A stretch of 64,000 bases of DNA from Tannerellaceae bacterium (GTDB taxonomy: Bacteria > Bacteroidota > Bacteroidia > Bacteroidales > Tannerellaceae). The notes below the pieces were generated by a model. That model did no database searches, was not told where the DNA came from, and worked only from the letters and a program-made list of their open reading frames with translations. Both the position numbers and the translations under genes were made by a program. Where the stretch lies: assembly GCA_031270665.1 (NCBI GenBank), contig JAISXD010000041.1, positions 211 through 64,210 on the forward strand, in the 5' to 3' direction. Of the stretch, positions 47,868 through 58,116 are shown one piece after another. Every line of letters begins with the position of its first letter. Position 1 is the stretch's first letter.

Positions 47868-50477
47868 TTATGTATTGTGACTGATGCTTTCGCTTTTCAG
47901 TTGTTTATCAAACGTTGCTTTATCGAGGCTTGTCTTTACGTGGATGGTTACCGGTTCTCCGGGGAGAAGGTCGAAATAATTATCCGAGAAGAAATTATCG
48001 ATTCCTTCTATACTCAGGAAAACGCCGCGGGCGAAAACATCGCTTTTCAGTGTCACATAATAGCCTTCTCCGGCTGTGGATGGTACGGAGGATACCGTAA
48101 TCTTCGCTTCCGGGAAATCAATCTCTTTATAACGGGCTAAGAAGTAATTGTTGGAAACAATGGATAATTTCTTACTATCTTCCAAAAAGCGGGCGTTCAC
48201 CACTACTTCATTCCTGCTTTTGTCATTCAATACATTTGTCAGCGATTCTGTAAACTGTATGTTGCTACTGTTAGCCGGCAGTTTTACCTTTTTGTTCTTT
48301 TGATAAACAACGTTTCCTTTTAAATCCATTACCTTAATATATAACGTTCCTTGCACGGTTTTCAGTTTATCGGAGACAATATAGACATCAAGCTTATCAT
48401 CCTTAGCAATTGGCGATACTAAAATGGGTTCAAAGGCTTTTTTTGCAAAATAATGTTGCGCTTTCCAGCGTCCGTAGTAGTCGCGGCTCGACCAGGAAGC
48501 TACCGGCCAGCAATCATTGTGTTGCCAATACAAGGTACCCATACAATAGGGCATATCACGGCGATGCGCCTCTATTGCTGTTTTGATGGCGTCGCCCTGA
48601 AGCAATTGTCCCATATATAAAAAGGTGGGGAAATCTTTTGGTTTACGATACTCATTCAACAGATACCATTCGATAAGCCCGTTAGCATGGCTACCGCCCC
48701 GTTGGTGGGCCATCATCACTTCCGAGAAGATATCCTGATCGCGCTCTTCCGGTGCATATTTCAATACCGATTGATATTCGGGGAATGACTGAAAGCCATA
48801 CTCGGAAAAAAACCGGGCACGGATAATATTATAATTGGCTATCGAATCTTTTGCATGCCAAACACCCCAATAGTGGGCATCCCCATTGGAATTCCAGTCG
48901 GTTTGTCCTGATTCTGCCCTTGTATCCGGATCGCCGGCATAAGGAGAAGACGGCCAATAAAAGGCTTTCGGGTCATATCGTTCTACTACCTCGGGCAGTA
49001 CTGCATGGAATACGTCTTTATAATCTTTCCGCATTTCGTCCAACACACCTAACTGCTCGTATTTACGCATCCAGCCCCAGTTGAACCAAGCGGTATGATT
49101 TTCATTATTGCCACACCAAATAGCCATACAGGGATGATTGCGTAAACGTTTTACATTGTCGATCGCTTCCATACGTATATTATCCATTAACTCAGGCGTC
49201 ATCGGATAAGTAGAACAGGCAAACATGAAATCCTGCCAAACCAGTATCCCATACTTATCGCACAAATCATAGAAAATCTTATTCTCATAAATACCGCCAC
49301 CCCAGATACGGAGCATATTCATATTGGCATTTACCGCATCCATGATGGTACGTTCATAATCGGCGTCTGTTACCCGTGGCAGGAAATTATCTTGCGGTAT
49401 ATAATTTGCACCTTTAGCAAAGACGGGTATGCCGTTGAGTTTGAAATAGAAGGTTGTTCCGGCGGCGTCTCTCTCCCGTACTACTTTTATATCGCGTAAG
49501 CCGATATTATCGGTTTGGCTATCCACCGGTTTACCGTTCATTAAGACAGTGGCGGTAAAAGGATACAAATGAGGCTTTCCCAAACCATTCGTCCACCAAA
49601 GTTCGGGATTATTGATTACAAGGTCTGTTTCTATAATCGTACACCCTTTGTTCACTTCCGCTTTTTTCTGCCATGTACTCGTAACGCCGGCAGCTTTTAT
49701 TTGAAGCGTGGCTTCACCTGCTTTACCGGCCATTACCTCTACGCGGACTTTTACTTTTGCCTGTTTAGCTGTAATATGTTCCTGTATATAATGAACGCTT
49801 TCAATGCGGGCGTCATTCCAGGCAAGCAAATAGATTGGCCGCCAGATACCGCTTGTTAGCAAACGCGGGCCCCAGTCCCAACCATAATGATAACCTGCTT
49901 TACGGGCAAAAACGCTTACCTTTTTATTGAATATTCCTCCGTTTTCCGATTGGTCATTTCCTGCCTCTAATGGGTATTTAAGGGCATCGAACTTAGGCAT
50001 ATCCTCTTTAATGGGTGAACGGAACTGAACCCGCAATTCATTATCCCCCTGCTTCAGCAATCCTTTCACATTCACTTTCCATTCGCGGAACATGTTATCG
50101 GTACGCAGGATACAGGAGTCATTCAGATATACATCTGCGTAGGTATCCAATCCTTTAAAGTCGAGTTCTATATTCTCTTTCGTAAAAACATCAGGCGAAA
50201 CCTGCATGGTCGTTTTATACTCCCAATCTTCTTTGTCAATCCATTGTACGCCTCTTTCATTTAAGCGGAAAAAGGGGTCTTCAATGATTTTGTTGTCTAT
50301 CAAATCGGTATGGACTACGCCGGGTACAGTAGCCGGATACCAATTATTTCCCCGGGCCTGTTTGAATGTCCAGCCTTTGTTTATTACCTGTTTCACTACT
50401 TCTCCTGCCCTAACAGGCTTTATTGGCAAAAGCATCCAGGCTATCAGTAGTAACGTAATTTGAGCCTTGTTATTCAT
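47868..50477 (-). CDS. GH2 beta-mannosidase
   Basis: YGWDWGP, KGANYIP, RIWGGG, WCGNNE, SEYGFQSFP, WQHNDCWP. Confidence 0.94.
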   Translation of the reverse strand: MNNKAQITLLLIAWMLLPIKPVRAGEVVKQVINKGWTFKQARGNNWYPATVPGVVHTDLIDNKIIEDPFFRLNERGVQWIDKEDWEYKTTMQVSPDVFTKENIELDFKGLDTYADVYLNDSCILRTDNMFREWKVNVKGLLKQGDNELRVQFRSPIKEDMPKFDALKYPLEAGNDQSENGGIFNKKVSVFARKAGYHYGWDWGPRLLTSGIWRPIYLLAWNDARIESVHYIQEHITAKQAKVKVRVEVMAGKAGEATLQIKAAGVTSTWQKKAEVNKGCTIIETDLVINNPELWWTNGLGKPHLYPFTATVLMNGKPVDSQTDNIGLRDIKVVRERDAAGTTFYFKLNGIPVFAKGANYIPQDNFLPRVTDADYERTIMDAVNANMNMLRIWGGGIYENKIFYDLCDKYGILVWQDFMFACSTYPMTPELMDNIRMEAIDNVKRLRNHPCMAIWCGNNENHTAWFNWGWMRKYEQLGVLDEMRKDYKDVFHAVLPEVVERYDPKAFYWPSSPYAGDPDTRAESGQTDWNSNGDAHYWGVWHAKDSIANYNIIRARFFSEYGFQSFPEYQSVLKYAPEERDQDIFSEVMMAHQRGGSHANGLIEWYLLNEYRKPKDFPTFLYMGQLLQGDAIKTAIEAHRRDMPYCMGTLYWQHNDCWPVASWSSRDYYGRWKAQHYFAKKAFEPILVSPIAKDDKLDVYIVSDKLKTVQGTLYIKVMDLKGNVVYQKNKKVKLPANSSNIQFTESLTNVLNDKSRNEVVVNARFLEDSKKLSIVSNNYFLARYKEIDFPEAKITVSSVPSTAGEGYYVTLKSDVFARGVFLSIEGIDNFFSDNYFDLLPGEPVTIHVKTSLDKATFDKQLKSESISHNT

Positions 50478-50488
50478 CTCTTATTTAC

Positions 50489-52387
50489 TTATAAAGAATT
50501 TATATTTTCAGGATTAACCGGATTTCTTCCTTCCGGCGTATACAGGTGTTCAATCCGGGCAGCATAGCGTTTTTCTACCTTTCCGCGGATCACTTTCAGG
50601 GAACTATTCACCAATCCATTTTGCTCTGTCCAGGGTTCGGGAAGGATGGCAAAGGTGGTTGGTAGCCATCGTTCGGGGAACATATCCGATAAATCCCCTC
50701 CTTTCCGAAAACGGCTCAACTGGTTTTTAATAATCTTAATCGCTTCTTCTTTTCCTTTCTCTGTATCTAAGCTTACCTGCTGATGCTCAAGCTGCCTTTT
50801 CAGCAGCTCTTTGTTCGGCGTAAGTATAGCTACCGTATAGGGGCTCTGATTGTTGTAAAGCAATAATTGGCCTACAACCGGCAGATGTTCCATCATGGCT
50901 TCTTCGATGCCTTCCGGGCTGTATTTTTCGCCATCACTACTTATCAGAAGACTTTTGAAACGCCCCAACACATAGAGAAAACCCTCTTTCATATAGCCCA
51001 TATCGCCGGTATACAGCCAACCATCTTTTACCGTTTCAGCCGTAGCTGCCGGATTCTTCCAATAGCCGGCCATCACGTTTTCGCCACGGACTACAATTTC
51101 TCCCTTTTCGCCGTCAGGGAGCTCCCTTCCGTCATCATCGCAAATCTTGAGATCGAGCGGCTGAACCAACACGCCACTGCTACCAAACAAATGATGGCGC
51201 GGGCCATTCGTAGAAATAACCGGCGTTGCTTCACTCAACCCATATCCCTGAAACATCGGCATGCCGATAGTATAATAGAATTTCTGAAGGTCTTTATCCA
51301 GCAAAGCGCCTCCACCAATAAAGAAACGAAGTTCTCCCCCGAAATTCTGCCGTACTTTTGCAAATAGTATCTTATCGAAAAACGTTACAAGCGGTTTCAA
51401 CAAAAAACGCCATCCGCGTCCTTTATCATCACCTCCGTCTCCATGATAGGCGTACCCTGTTTTCAGCGCTAAATTGAATAAGGTTACTATGGCTTTACCC
51501 TGCGCCTGTATGCCCTGTTCTATATTTTTCTTGAAATTCTTGGCCAATGCCGGTACGCTCAATATAAGATACGGTTTTACCTCCCTGATATTTACCGGAA
51601 TATTTTTCAATGTCTGCATCGGCGTACTCCCTGTCTGTACGGTAGCCACCGAAGCTCCCTTGTACATAAATATATAAAAGCCTACCACATGCGCAAAACA
51701 ATGATCGAGTGGAAGAATAATAAATGTCCTCCAGTTTTGACCGATATCTATGCAACTCAATGATTGTTCCACATTCGCCGTATAATTGCGATGGGTAAGA
51801 ATTACGCCTTTCGGGTCGGCCGTTGTTCCCGATGTATAGGTAATCGTGGCATAATCATCATCTTGCAACGACTGCCCGATGGCAAGAAATTCGTCCAACG
51901 GCGTTTTCCGGAGATACGCTTCTCCCATTTTATTAACTTCGCCGATAAAAATTTCCTTTTCTTCCCAGGTCGGTTGTTTATCTATAACAATGACTTTCTC
52001 TAAGAAAGGCAGTTGGCCGGTAATCGAACGGATTTTCTTCAATTGCTGTCCCGAAACCATCATATATTTTACTTCCGCATGCTGAAGGCGAAATAACAGG
52101 TCATTGGCTTCTTCCAGTTTAACCGACAACGGCACATTGGTCGCCCCGGCATAAAACATCGCCAGTTCGCCGATAATCCAGGCATTACGGCCTTCGCTCA
52201 GGAGCGCCATGTTGTCGCCTTTCTTTACCCCCAGGGCTACCAGTCCGGCGCCCAGCCTGCAAACAAGCTCTTTCGCCTGTGCATACGTTGTGGGTTCAAA
52301 CCTGTCTTTTGTCTTTTCCAACAAAAAGGTATTGCCGGAATACTGCTTAACCGAATTTTCAAAAAAATCTACTAATGTTTTCTTCAT
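50489..52387 (-). CDS. Long-chain fatty acid-CoA ligase (AMP-binding)
   Basis: YTSGTTADPKG, QGYGLSE, WLYTGDMG. Confidence 0.92.
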   Translation of the reverse strand: MKKTLVDFFENSVKQYSGNTFLLEKTKDRFEPTTYAQAKELVCRLGAGLVALGVKKGDNMALLSEGRNAWIIGELAMFYAGATNVPLSVKLEEANDLLFRLQHAEVKYMMVSGQQLKKIRSITGQLPFLEKVIVIDKQPTWEEKEIFIGEVNKMGEAYLRKTPLDEFLAIGQSLQDDDYATITYTSGTTADPKGVILTHRNYTANVEQSLSCIDIGQNWRTFIILPLDHCFAHVVGFYIFMYKGASVATVQTGSTPMQTLKNIPVNIREVKPYLILSVPALAKNFKKNIEQGIQAQGKAIVTLFNLALKTGYAYHGDGGDDKGRGWRFLLKPLVTFFDKILFAKVRQNFGGELRFFIGGGALLDKDLQKFYYTIGMPMFQGYGLSEATPVISTNGPRHHLFGSSGVLVQPLDLKICDDDGRELPDGEKGEIVVRGENVMAGYWKNPAATAETVKDGWLYTGDMGYMKEGFLYVLGRFKSLLISSDGEKYSPEGIEEAMMEHLPVVGQLLLYNNQSPYTVAILTPNKELLKRQLEHQQVSLDTEKGKEEAIKIIKNQLSRFRKGGDLSDMFPERWLPTTFAILPEPWTEQNGLVNSSLKVIRGKVEKRYAARIEHLYTPEGRNPVNPENINSL

Positions 52388-52398
52388 AACCGATATGT

Positions 52399-55300
52399 TT
52401 ATTTTTTACTCATACTATTAATCTCTTCCAATAATGCGTAAGCGGCCTCAACGGTACAGACATCTTTTACCATAATGCTTCGTTTACCATTCTGTTCGCG
52501 TAAATTACACCTTCTGTGATATTTTTGCACAAAGGCAAGTAATTTGTCGAATGATTCGCTTTGATAATAAGGGCTGTCGGGATTGGAAATCAGGAAAAGG
52601 CTCATCTGTTCTTTTTTTAATACTACCTTTTCAATACCTGATTCTTTTGCCAACCTGCGAAGCCTCACGATGCGGATTAATTCTTTTCCTTCGTTGGGTA
52701 TTTTACCAAAACGGTCCTCCAGTCTGTTTGTAAACGAAAGGATATCACGCTCTTCTTCCATTTTATCCAATTCGCGGTAAAGGGATACGCGCTCCGAATC
52801 ATTGGGGATATACGTGGGAGGAAACATTAATTCCAAATCGCTTTCTATAAACGTTTCGCGAACGAAACCACGACCGGCCAGGCGCTTTACCTCTTCATCA
52901 TCGTCCTTATATAAATCTGCAAACTCTTCACTTTTCAGTTCATCAACAGCTTCTTCCAAAATCTTCTGATAGGTTTCATATCCTAAATCAGCGATAAAGC
53001 CACTCTGTTCGGCGCCTAATAAGTTTCCTGCGCCACGAATGTCAAGGTCTTGCATGGCAATATGAATACCGCTTCCCAGTTCGGAAAAGTTTTCTATCGC
53101 CCGTAACCGCCGCCTGGCCTCCTGGTTCAACGCAGAAAGAGGGGGAGATAATAAATAACAAAAAGCCTTCCGGTTGCTTCGCCCTACCCTGCCTCTTAAC
53201 TGATGTAAATCGGAAAGGCCGAACTGCTGGGCGTTATTTATTATAATGGTATTGGCATTCGGTACGTCAATCCCGTTCTCTACAATACTCGTTGCAATCA
53301 ATACGTCGTATTCATAGTTGATAAAATCGAGCAATATCTTTTCTAACTCATCCGGTTCCATTTGTCCATGCCCAACGCAAATCCGGGCGTCGGGGATTTC
53401 GCGTTTGATCAGTTTTTCTAACTCATGGATATTCTGTATCCGGTTATTGATGAAGAAGACCTGTCCGTTACGGCTCATTTCAAAAAGGATAGCTTCACGG
53501 ATAATATCGGGATTGAACCGCTCCACTTCCGTCTGCACCGGATAACGGTTGGGCGGCGGCGTATTGATATTACTCAAATCACGGGCTCCCATTAACGAGA
53601 ATTGGAGCGTACGAGGAATGGGCGTTGCCGTCATGGTAAGGGTATCCACATTCACTTTCATCTGCCGTAATTTTTCTTTAACGGATACGCCGAATTTCTG
53701 CTCTTCATCTATAATTAACAGGCCAATATCTTTAAATTGCACATCCTTGCTTACAATGCGATGAGTACCGATCAGTATATCTATTTTACCTTCCTTTGTT
53801 TCGTTCAATACTTCTTTTATCCGGGTGGAACTGCGGGCGCGACTGATATAATCAATCTTACAAGGGAAATCCTTTAGCCGTTCCGAGAAGGTCTGGTAAT
53901 GCTGAAACGCCAACACGGTGGTAGGCACCAGCACGGCTACCTGTTTATTATCGGCCACCGCTTTAAAGGCCGAACGAATGGCGACTTCCGTTTTCCCAAA
54001 CCCCACATCGCCACAGATAAGCCGGTCCATCGGACGCGTATTTTCCATATCCGCTTTCACATCCGCCGTTGCTCTCATCTGGTCGGGCGTATCCTCATAA
54101 ATAAAGCTGGCCTCAAGTTCGTGTTGCATAAAGCTATCGGGGGTAAAGGTAAATCCTTTCTCCTGTTTTCGCTTGGAATAGAGGATGATTAAATCGCGGG
54201 CAATATCTTTTACTTTTTTCTTTGTGCGCTCTTTCATCCGCTCCCATGCACCGGTTCCCAGTTTGCTCAGTTTAGGCGCTTCTCCGCTGTCTTTTCCTTT
54301 ATATTTGGAAAGTTTATGCAGTGAATGGATGCTTACAAAAATAACATCGTTGTTTTTATAAATAAGTTTTACCACTTCCTGTATTTTACCATTCGCTTCG
54401 GTACGCACCAATCCTCCGAACTGCCCTACTCCATGGTCTATATGTACGATATAATCCCCGTTTGTAAACTGGTTGAGTTCTTTCAGCGAAAGTGTTAATT
54501 TGCCGCTTCGCGCCTTATCGCTTTTTAAATTGAATTTATGAAAACGGTCAAACAACTGATGATCGGTAAATAAACAAACACGCAAAGCCTCATCCGAAAA
54601 ACCTTCATGGATGGTTTTATTTACCGCCGTGAAAGGAATAACCTCTCCCCTGTCTTCAAATATATTGCGGATACGTATAGCCTGCTTTTCCACGTCGCTC
54701 AATATATACAATGTATATCCTTTCTCCAGACAGGTATGGAACGACTTGCTTACCAGTTCAAAATTCTTATGATAAACAGGTTGCAGGCTTGTATGGAAAG
54801 GTATCGTAACATCCGGCGTTCCCGTCCGTTGAGCAAAGCCGATACGCCGGAAATCCATTATCGAACGGGCAAAATCGTCTCTTGTGATAAGTTTCTTTCG
54901 CATATCATCCATATCTGCAAAAGATTCTTCATCTCCTATAACCGGTTCGTCATTCCAGATACTGTTTATTCGTTCTTTACACCATCCCAAATCAGGGGTT
55001 ACAAGGATGGTTTGCCCCGATACCGAACCCAACAATGAAATATCGGGACGGTTCGTTTTACTTATTTTCGGAACGATGTAAATGCTGTTAAACTTCTCTT
55101 TGGATAATTGTGTTTCCACATCAAACGACCGTATCGTCTCCACCTCATCGCCAAAGAAGTCAATGCGGTAAGGATATTCATACGAAAAGGAGAAGACGTC
55201 CAGGATACTGCCGCGCATGGCATACTGCCCGGGTTCATACACATAATCTACATGCTCAAAATCATAGGCGTCCAACACATCGGAGACAAACATATTATCG

Positions 55301-55755
55301 AGTTTCTCGCCTGTATGGATTTTCAACGTATTTTCCTTTAGCGCTTCCTGCGAGACTACTTTTTCTGCAATCGCATCAGGATACGTAACGATTAGAAAAG
55401 AAGCCTCCCTGTCTTGCAGCATACTGAGCACCTCCGTCCGCAGTATTTCATTGGCCGGGTCTGTATGGCCGTATTTAATTGCCCGCCGGTAAGCCGAAGG
55501 GAAAAAGTAGACATTTTCACTGCCCGTCAATAGCACCAGGTCGTGATAAAAATACCCGGCTTCTTCCAAATCATTCAGTATGCAAACAAACTGTCCTCCC
55601 TGTTTGGCAAAGCAGGAAGCAATGACCATCGCCGGGCTTGAACCGTGTAAACCTTCCAGAAATACAGTACGGACCGAAGGCCCGCTAAGAACCGAACCCA
55701 ACGCCGCCACAGCAGGATGGGCCATATAAAGTTTAAGCAAATCTTGTATATCCAA
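52399..55755 (-). CDS. mfd: Transcription-repair coupling factor
   Basis: HIDHGVG, GDVGFGKT, DEEQKFG, TATPIPRT, QLRGRVGRS, DLDIRGAG; TTG start at 55755 inferred from the TACCTTTG box at 55774-55781 (-). Confidence 0.97.
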   Translation of the reverse strand: MDIQDLLKLYMAHPAVAALGSVLSGPSVRTVFLEGLHGSSPAMVIASCFAKQGGQFVCILNDLEEAGYFYHDLVLLTGSENVYFFPSAYRRAIKYGHTDPANEILRTEVLSMLQDREASFLIVTYPDAIAEKVVSQEALKENTLKIHTGEKLDNMFVSDVLDAYDFEHVDYVYEPGQYAMRGSILDVFSFSYEYPYRIDFFGDEVETIRSFDVETQLSKEKFNSIYIVPKISKTNRPDISLLGSVSGQTILVTPDLGWCKERINSIWNDEPVIGDEESFADMDDMRKKLITRDDFARSIMDFRRIGFAQRTGTPDVTIPFHTSLQPVYHKNFELVSKSFHTCLEKGYTLYILSDVEKQAIRIRNIFEDRGEVIPFTAVNKTIHEGFSDEALRVCLFTDHQLFDRFHKFNLKSDKARSGKLTLSLKELNQFTNGDYIVHIDHGVGQFGGLVRTEANGKIQEVVKLIYKNNDVIFVSIHSLHKLSKYKGKDSGEAPKLSKLGTGAWERMKERTKKKVKDIARDLIILYSKRKQEKGFTFTPDSFMQHELEASFIYEDTPDQMRATADVKADMENTRPMDRLICGDVGFGKTEVAIRSAFKAVADNKQVAVLVPTTVLAFQHYQTFSERLKDFPCKIDYISRARSSTRIKEVLNETKEGKIDILIGTHRIVSKDVQFKDIGLLIIDEEQKFGVSVKEKLRQMKVNVDTLTMTATPIPRTLQFSLMGARDLSNINTPPPNRYPVQTEVERFNPDIIREAILFEMSRNGQVFFINNRIQNIHELEKLIKREIPDARICVGHGQMEPDELEKILLDFINYEYDVLIATSIVENGIDVPNANTIIINNAQQFGLSDLHQLRGRVGRSNRKAFCYLLSPPLSALNQEARRRLRAIENFSELGSGIHIAMQDLDIRGAGNLLGAEQSGFIADLGYETYQKILEEAVDELKSEEFADLYKDDDEEVKRLAGRGFVRETFIESDLELMFPPTYIPNDSERVSLYRELDKMEEERDILSFTNRLEDRFGKIPNEGKELIRIVRLRRLAKESGIEKVVLKKEQMSLFLISNPDSPYYQSESFDKLLAFVQKYHRRCNLREQNGKRSIMVKDVCTVEAAYALLEEINSMSKK

Positions 55756-56021
55756 CGTGTTAAATATTTCCGGCAAAGGTAGTTTTTTTATCGAAGGAGA
55801 CAAAGGAGTTAAAAGACATCTTTAGCGCAGAATACATACCGGACAGGCCTAATACCCGGTTAAGAAATTATTTCAGGATAGACCTGAAATACACATTGGA
55901 AAAGAAATACAAGCGGGGGACTTCCATCTCCTTTAAAAGGACATTTTTAACCGCTTCAATATTGCCCGTAACCCAGGAATTATTACCTTTGCCCTATCAA
56001 TCTGACAAATAAGATTTTTTT

Positions 56022-56783
56022 ATGCCTGATAGTATTGTAATTATTCCTACCTACAATGAGAAAGAAAATATTGAAAATATTATCCGAACGGTATTCGGAT
56101 TGCCTAAAATGTTCAATATATTGATTGTAGATGATGGTTCTCCCGACGGCACGGCGGCTATTGTAAAGCGTTTGCAAACCGAATTTCCGGAGCGTCTTTT
56201 TATTGTTGAAAGAGAAGGTAAACAAGGGTTGGGTACTGCCTATATATGCGGTTTCAAATGGTGTATCGAACGCAAGTATGATTATATATTTGAAATGGAC
56301 GCCGATTTCAGCCACAATCCGAACGACCTGCTTTCTTTATATACCGCCTGTACGGATAAGGGGGAGGATGTAGCGATCGGTTCAAGGTATGTAAATGGCG
56401 TGAATGTGGTGAACTGGCCGTTAGGACGGGTATTGATGTCGTATTTTGCTTCTGTTTACGTACGGATCATTACCGGAATGAAGATACAGGACACTACGGC
56501 CGGTTTCGTATGCTACCGCCGCGAAGTACTCGAAACGATTGGTTTGGATAAGATTCATTTTAAAGGATATGCTTTTCAGATAGAAATGAAGTTCACCGCT
56601 TTCAAACACGGATTTACACTGATAGAGGAACCTATTATATTTGTAAATCGCGTATTAGGCGTTTCCAAAATGAATTCATCCATATTCGGAGAAGCGTTGT
56701 TTGGCGTTTTACAATTAAAATGGTGGAGCTTCTTCCATAAATATCCCCGGAAAAAGAAATCTAATGAAGAAAACAATCATTAA
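56022..56783 (+). CDS. Polyprenol monophosphomannose synthase (GT2, Dpm1-like)
   Basis: [35 protein letters not shown]; TACCTTTG box at 55984-55991. Confidence 0.93.
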   Translation: MPDSIVIIPTYNEKENIENIIRTVFGLPKMFNILIVDDGSPDGTAAIVKRLQTEFPERLFIVEREGKQGLGTAYICGFKWCIERKYDYIFEMDADFSHNPNDLLSLYTACTDKGEDVAIGSRYVNGVNVVNWPLGRVLMSYFASVYVRIITGMKIQDTTAGFVCYRREVLETIGLDKIHFKGYAFQIEMKFTAFKHGFTLIEEPIIFVNRVLGVSKMNSSIFGEALFGVLQLKWWSFFHKYPRKKKSNEENNH

Positions 56784-58116
56784 AAATGCCCGTATTATCA
56801 ATGAAGGACGTTCGTTTACAGGTTCCGTATGCATTGAAGGAGATAAAATTGCGGTTGTTTACGAAGGAGAGCTTCCCCGGCAGTTGACAGACGGCAATAC
56901 CGAAACTGTCGACGCCACAGGTAAATGGCTTCTGCCCGGAATCATTGACGATCAGGTGCATTTCCGCGAACCGGGGCTTACGCATAAAGGCGATATCGCA
57001 AGCGAAAGCCGTGCAGCAGTAGCCGGCGGAGTAACTACCTTTATGGATATGCCCAATACAAAGCCTCAAACAACCACCCTGGATCATTTAAATTGGAAAT
57101 TAGAACGGGCCGCAGAAGTATCCGTTGCCAATTACTCTTTCTTTTTTGGGGGAACGAACGACAATATAAAAGAAATAAGCCAATTAGATAAAACAAGGGT
57201 TCCCGGGTTGAAATTGTTTCTGGGCTCTTCTACCGGTAATATGCTGGTAGATAAAAAAGAAACACTCGAACGGATATTTGGCGAAACAGGCCTGTTAATC
57301 GCCATCCATGCCGAGAAAGAAGACATTATTAAACACAATATAAATTACTACACCAACCTGTACGGTGACCACTTAGATATAACGTTTCACAGTAAAATAC
57401 GAAGTGAGGAAGCCTGCTATGCGTCCTCGTCGGAAGCGGTAGAATTGGCAACCCGCCTTCATTCCCGCCTTCATATCCTGCACCTTTCCACGGCAAAAGA
57501 ATTATCTTTGTTGAATGGCAATATCCCCCTGCGTGATAAGAAAATAACTGCAGAAGCGTGTGTACATCACTTATGGTTTACCGACGAAGATTATAAGACA
57601 TTCGGAAACCGTATCAAATGGAATCCGTCCATAAAGACAACAGCCGACCGCAATGCTTTGCGGGAAGCAGTGAATAACAATACCATTGATATCGTAGCAA
57701 CCGACCATGCCCCTCACCTGCCTAAAGAGAAAGAAGGCAATTGCCTGACTGCCGCATCTGGTGGCCCGCTTATCCAACATTCATTAACGGCGATGCTGGA
57801 AATGGCGTCTGAGGGTATCTTCACTTACGAAAAAGTAGTGGAGAAAATGGCTCATTTACCAGCCAAATTATTTCATATAAACCACCGCGGTTTCATTCGC
57901 CCCGGTTATTATGCCGACCTCGTGCTGATAGATCCCGAAACAAGCCGGACGGTTACAAAAGATAACCTCCTTTATAAATGCGGCTGGTCGCCCTTCGAAG
58001 GGCATACCTTCCGGCATACCGTATGGAAAACCTATGTAAACGGCCAATTAGCCTGCGACAACGGGCAAATAAACGAAAATGTCCGTGGTATGGAAGTAAA
58101 ATATAACCCCTTATGA
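56764..58116 (+). CDS. pyrC: Dihydroorotase
   Basis: [36 protein letters not shown]. Confidence 0.93.
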   Translation: MKKTIIKNARIINEGRSFTGSVCIEGDKIAVVYEGELPRQLTDGNTETVDATGKWLLPGIIDDQVHFREPGLTHKGDIASESRAAVAGGVTTFMDMPNTKPQTTTLDHLNWKLERAAEVSVANYSFFFGGTNDNIKEISQLDKTRVPGLKLFLGSSTGNMLVDKKETLERIFGETGLLIAIHAEKEDIIKHNINYYTNLYGDHLDITFHSKIRSEEACYASSSEAVELATRLHSRLHILHLSTAKELSLLNGNIPLRDKKITAEACVHHLWFTDEDYKTFGNRIKWNPSIKTTADRNALREAVNNNTIDIVATDHAPHLPKEKEGNCLTAASGGPLIQHSLTAMLEMASEGIFTYEKVVEKMAHLPAKLFHINHRGFIRPGYYADLVLIDPETSRTVTKDNLLYKCGWSPFEGHTFRHTVWKTYVNGQLACDNGQINENVRGMEVKYNPL

